The notes under the pieces: generated by a model
What the model was told of the DNA's origin: nothing
What the model saw: the letters and a program-made list of their open reading frames with translations, nothing else
Databases searched by the model: none
Part shown: positions 63,340 to 64,000 of the stretch, piece after piece
How positions within the stretch are numbered: the stretch's first letter is position 1
How the letters are laid out: each line of letters begins with the position of its first letter
Made by a program: the position numbers and the translations under genes
Virus record (IMG/VR): IMGVR_UViG_3300045988_170943
Location: 160,001-224,000 of that record
DNA length: 64,000 nucleotides
Origin: a virus
Direction: 5' to 3' (one strand)

Positions 63340-64000
63340 ATGTTTGTCTTTGTTGTGCTTGTACCTGTAGGGCGCGACCAATCGTATCACAGTCTGGGCT
63401 GAGGTGCCACATCGTGATAGGGAGGGGCGGGTCTCGTCTGGTTTCTGTGGGGCGTCAGTTGTGGCACTCTGTGCTATGCTGCTGCGTGTCGGTACGGCTG
63501 AGTTCGCTTGCGTGCTGAAACCCGGCACGTACATCTACTTTTCGTTGCTATTGCAACATAAGCCTCGTGCACATAAGGTCGTGTACGCTAGTCTCGTCCT
63601 TGCGGTTAGGGGAACCTAATCTGAGAGGGTCATGTCTCGCTCTCCTCCTCGCCGTAACAAACCGGTCTTTGAGGCTTGGTTCGTTGCGACGGTAAGGGAA
63701 CGTCGCCGTGCGTAAGGTTGACTCAATCAGTGTGATCCTGTGCAGGTAACAGGGTTTTGAGCGTACACCATATGAAAAAGAGATCTTGTATATAAGAGTA
63801 CGCTGCACGGGCAACTCATTATTCTGACTCACCACTTTCTCGCCCACTTCCCGCAAGTACCTCCAGCCCACACACTCAGAGGCCTCTGCACCCGTCTAGA
63901 GTGGTTCCAGGAGGGAGTTCTGCATCGAGAGGATCCTGGGTGGGCCAACTGGTGGGTGTCCGGGCACTGTAGCCTTGCGGACGGCCTGCTAGCATTCATC

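Noticed and set aside
63548-63871. 107-aa minus-strand ORF in the far-right low-GC region
   Set aside because: The composition is AT-rich and unlike neighbouring coding DNA, and no RBS is evident. More likely a 5' leader or intergenic region of the dNMP-kinase gene. I considered an ncRNA there but could not match any family.
1-64000. Search for tRNA/tmRNA genes (possible integration sites) and CRISPR arrays
   Set aside because: No cloverleaf-compatible GTTCGAATCC-type T-arm segments in intergenic regions. No regularly spaced direct repeats. None could be supported.

Overview
The window is high-GC (about 60%) DNA typical of Actinobacteria, and almost all of it is accessory or mobile-element-like. 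From about 5.5 kb to 62 kb nearly every gene sits on the + strand in a tightly packed array. The only interruptions are a three-gene minus-strand block at 35.4-39.6 kb and a few convergent single genes. No rRNA genes or CRISPR arrays are present, and I could not recognise a tRNA.

Content I can support from the sequence:
- A divergent ClpB-like double-AAA+ ATPase at the left end (119-2956, minus strand).
- A TerY-P-like signalling triad: a TerY-type vWA protein, a PP2C phosphatase and an atypical Ser/Thr kinase with a zinc ribbon and four C-terminal TM helices. A complete IS607-family element (serine-recombinase TnpA plus TnpB) lies between the phosphatase and kinase genes.
- A second, solo TnpB paralog at 41.0-42.6 kb.
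- A phage-like DNA and nucleotide-metabolism set: orphan NrdI, Dam methylase, a DprA/SLOG-like protein, a T4 gp1-like dNMP kinase, and a DnaE-type polymerase alpha subunit. The DnaE-like gene lacks the N-terminal PHP domain and carries two in-frame inteins, one a mini-intein and one with a low-GC insert.
- An RNA-end repair flavour: a T4-like polynucleotide kinase-phosphatase, a convergent 2H phosphoesterase protein, and a stand-alone HD domain matching the C-terminal part of CCA-adding enzymes.
- A YqaJ-like PD-(D/E)xK exonuclease fused to a DnaQ-like 3'-5' exonuclease, and a minimal pol-beta-type nucleotidyltransferase.
- Tandem paralogous NERD-domain proteins, facing a TelA-like/XpaC-like membrane-stress operon on the opposite strand.
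- Several secreted or lipoproteins: a beta-helix protein, a CAP-domain lipoprotein and an RseP-type site-2 protease.
- A complete NAD salvage operon (pncB-nadE-pncA-nrtR) with a perfect palindromic operator over its promoter.

No virion structural genes are visible. The region looks like the replication and nucleotide-metabolism module of a large phage, phage-plasmid or megaplasmid rather than core chromosome.

The most system-like candidates for something new are:
- the IS-interrupted vWA-PP2C-kinase triad with an embedded small ORF under a near-consensus promoter;
- the NERD pair plus TelA/XpaC block;
- the PNK/2H/HD RNA-repair genes;
- the PHP-less, double-intein DnaE.
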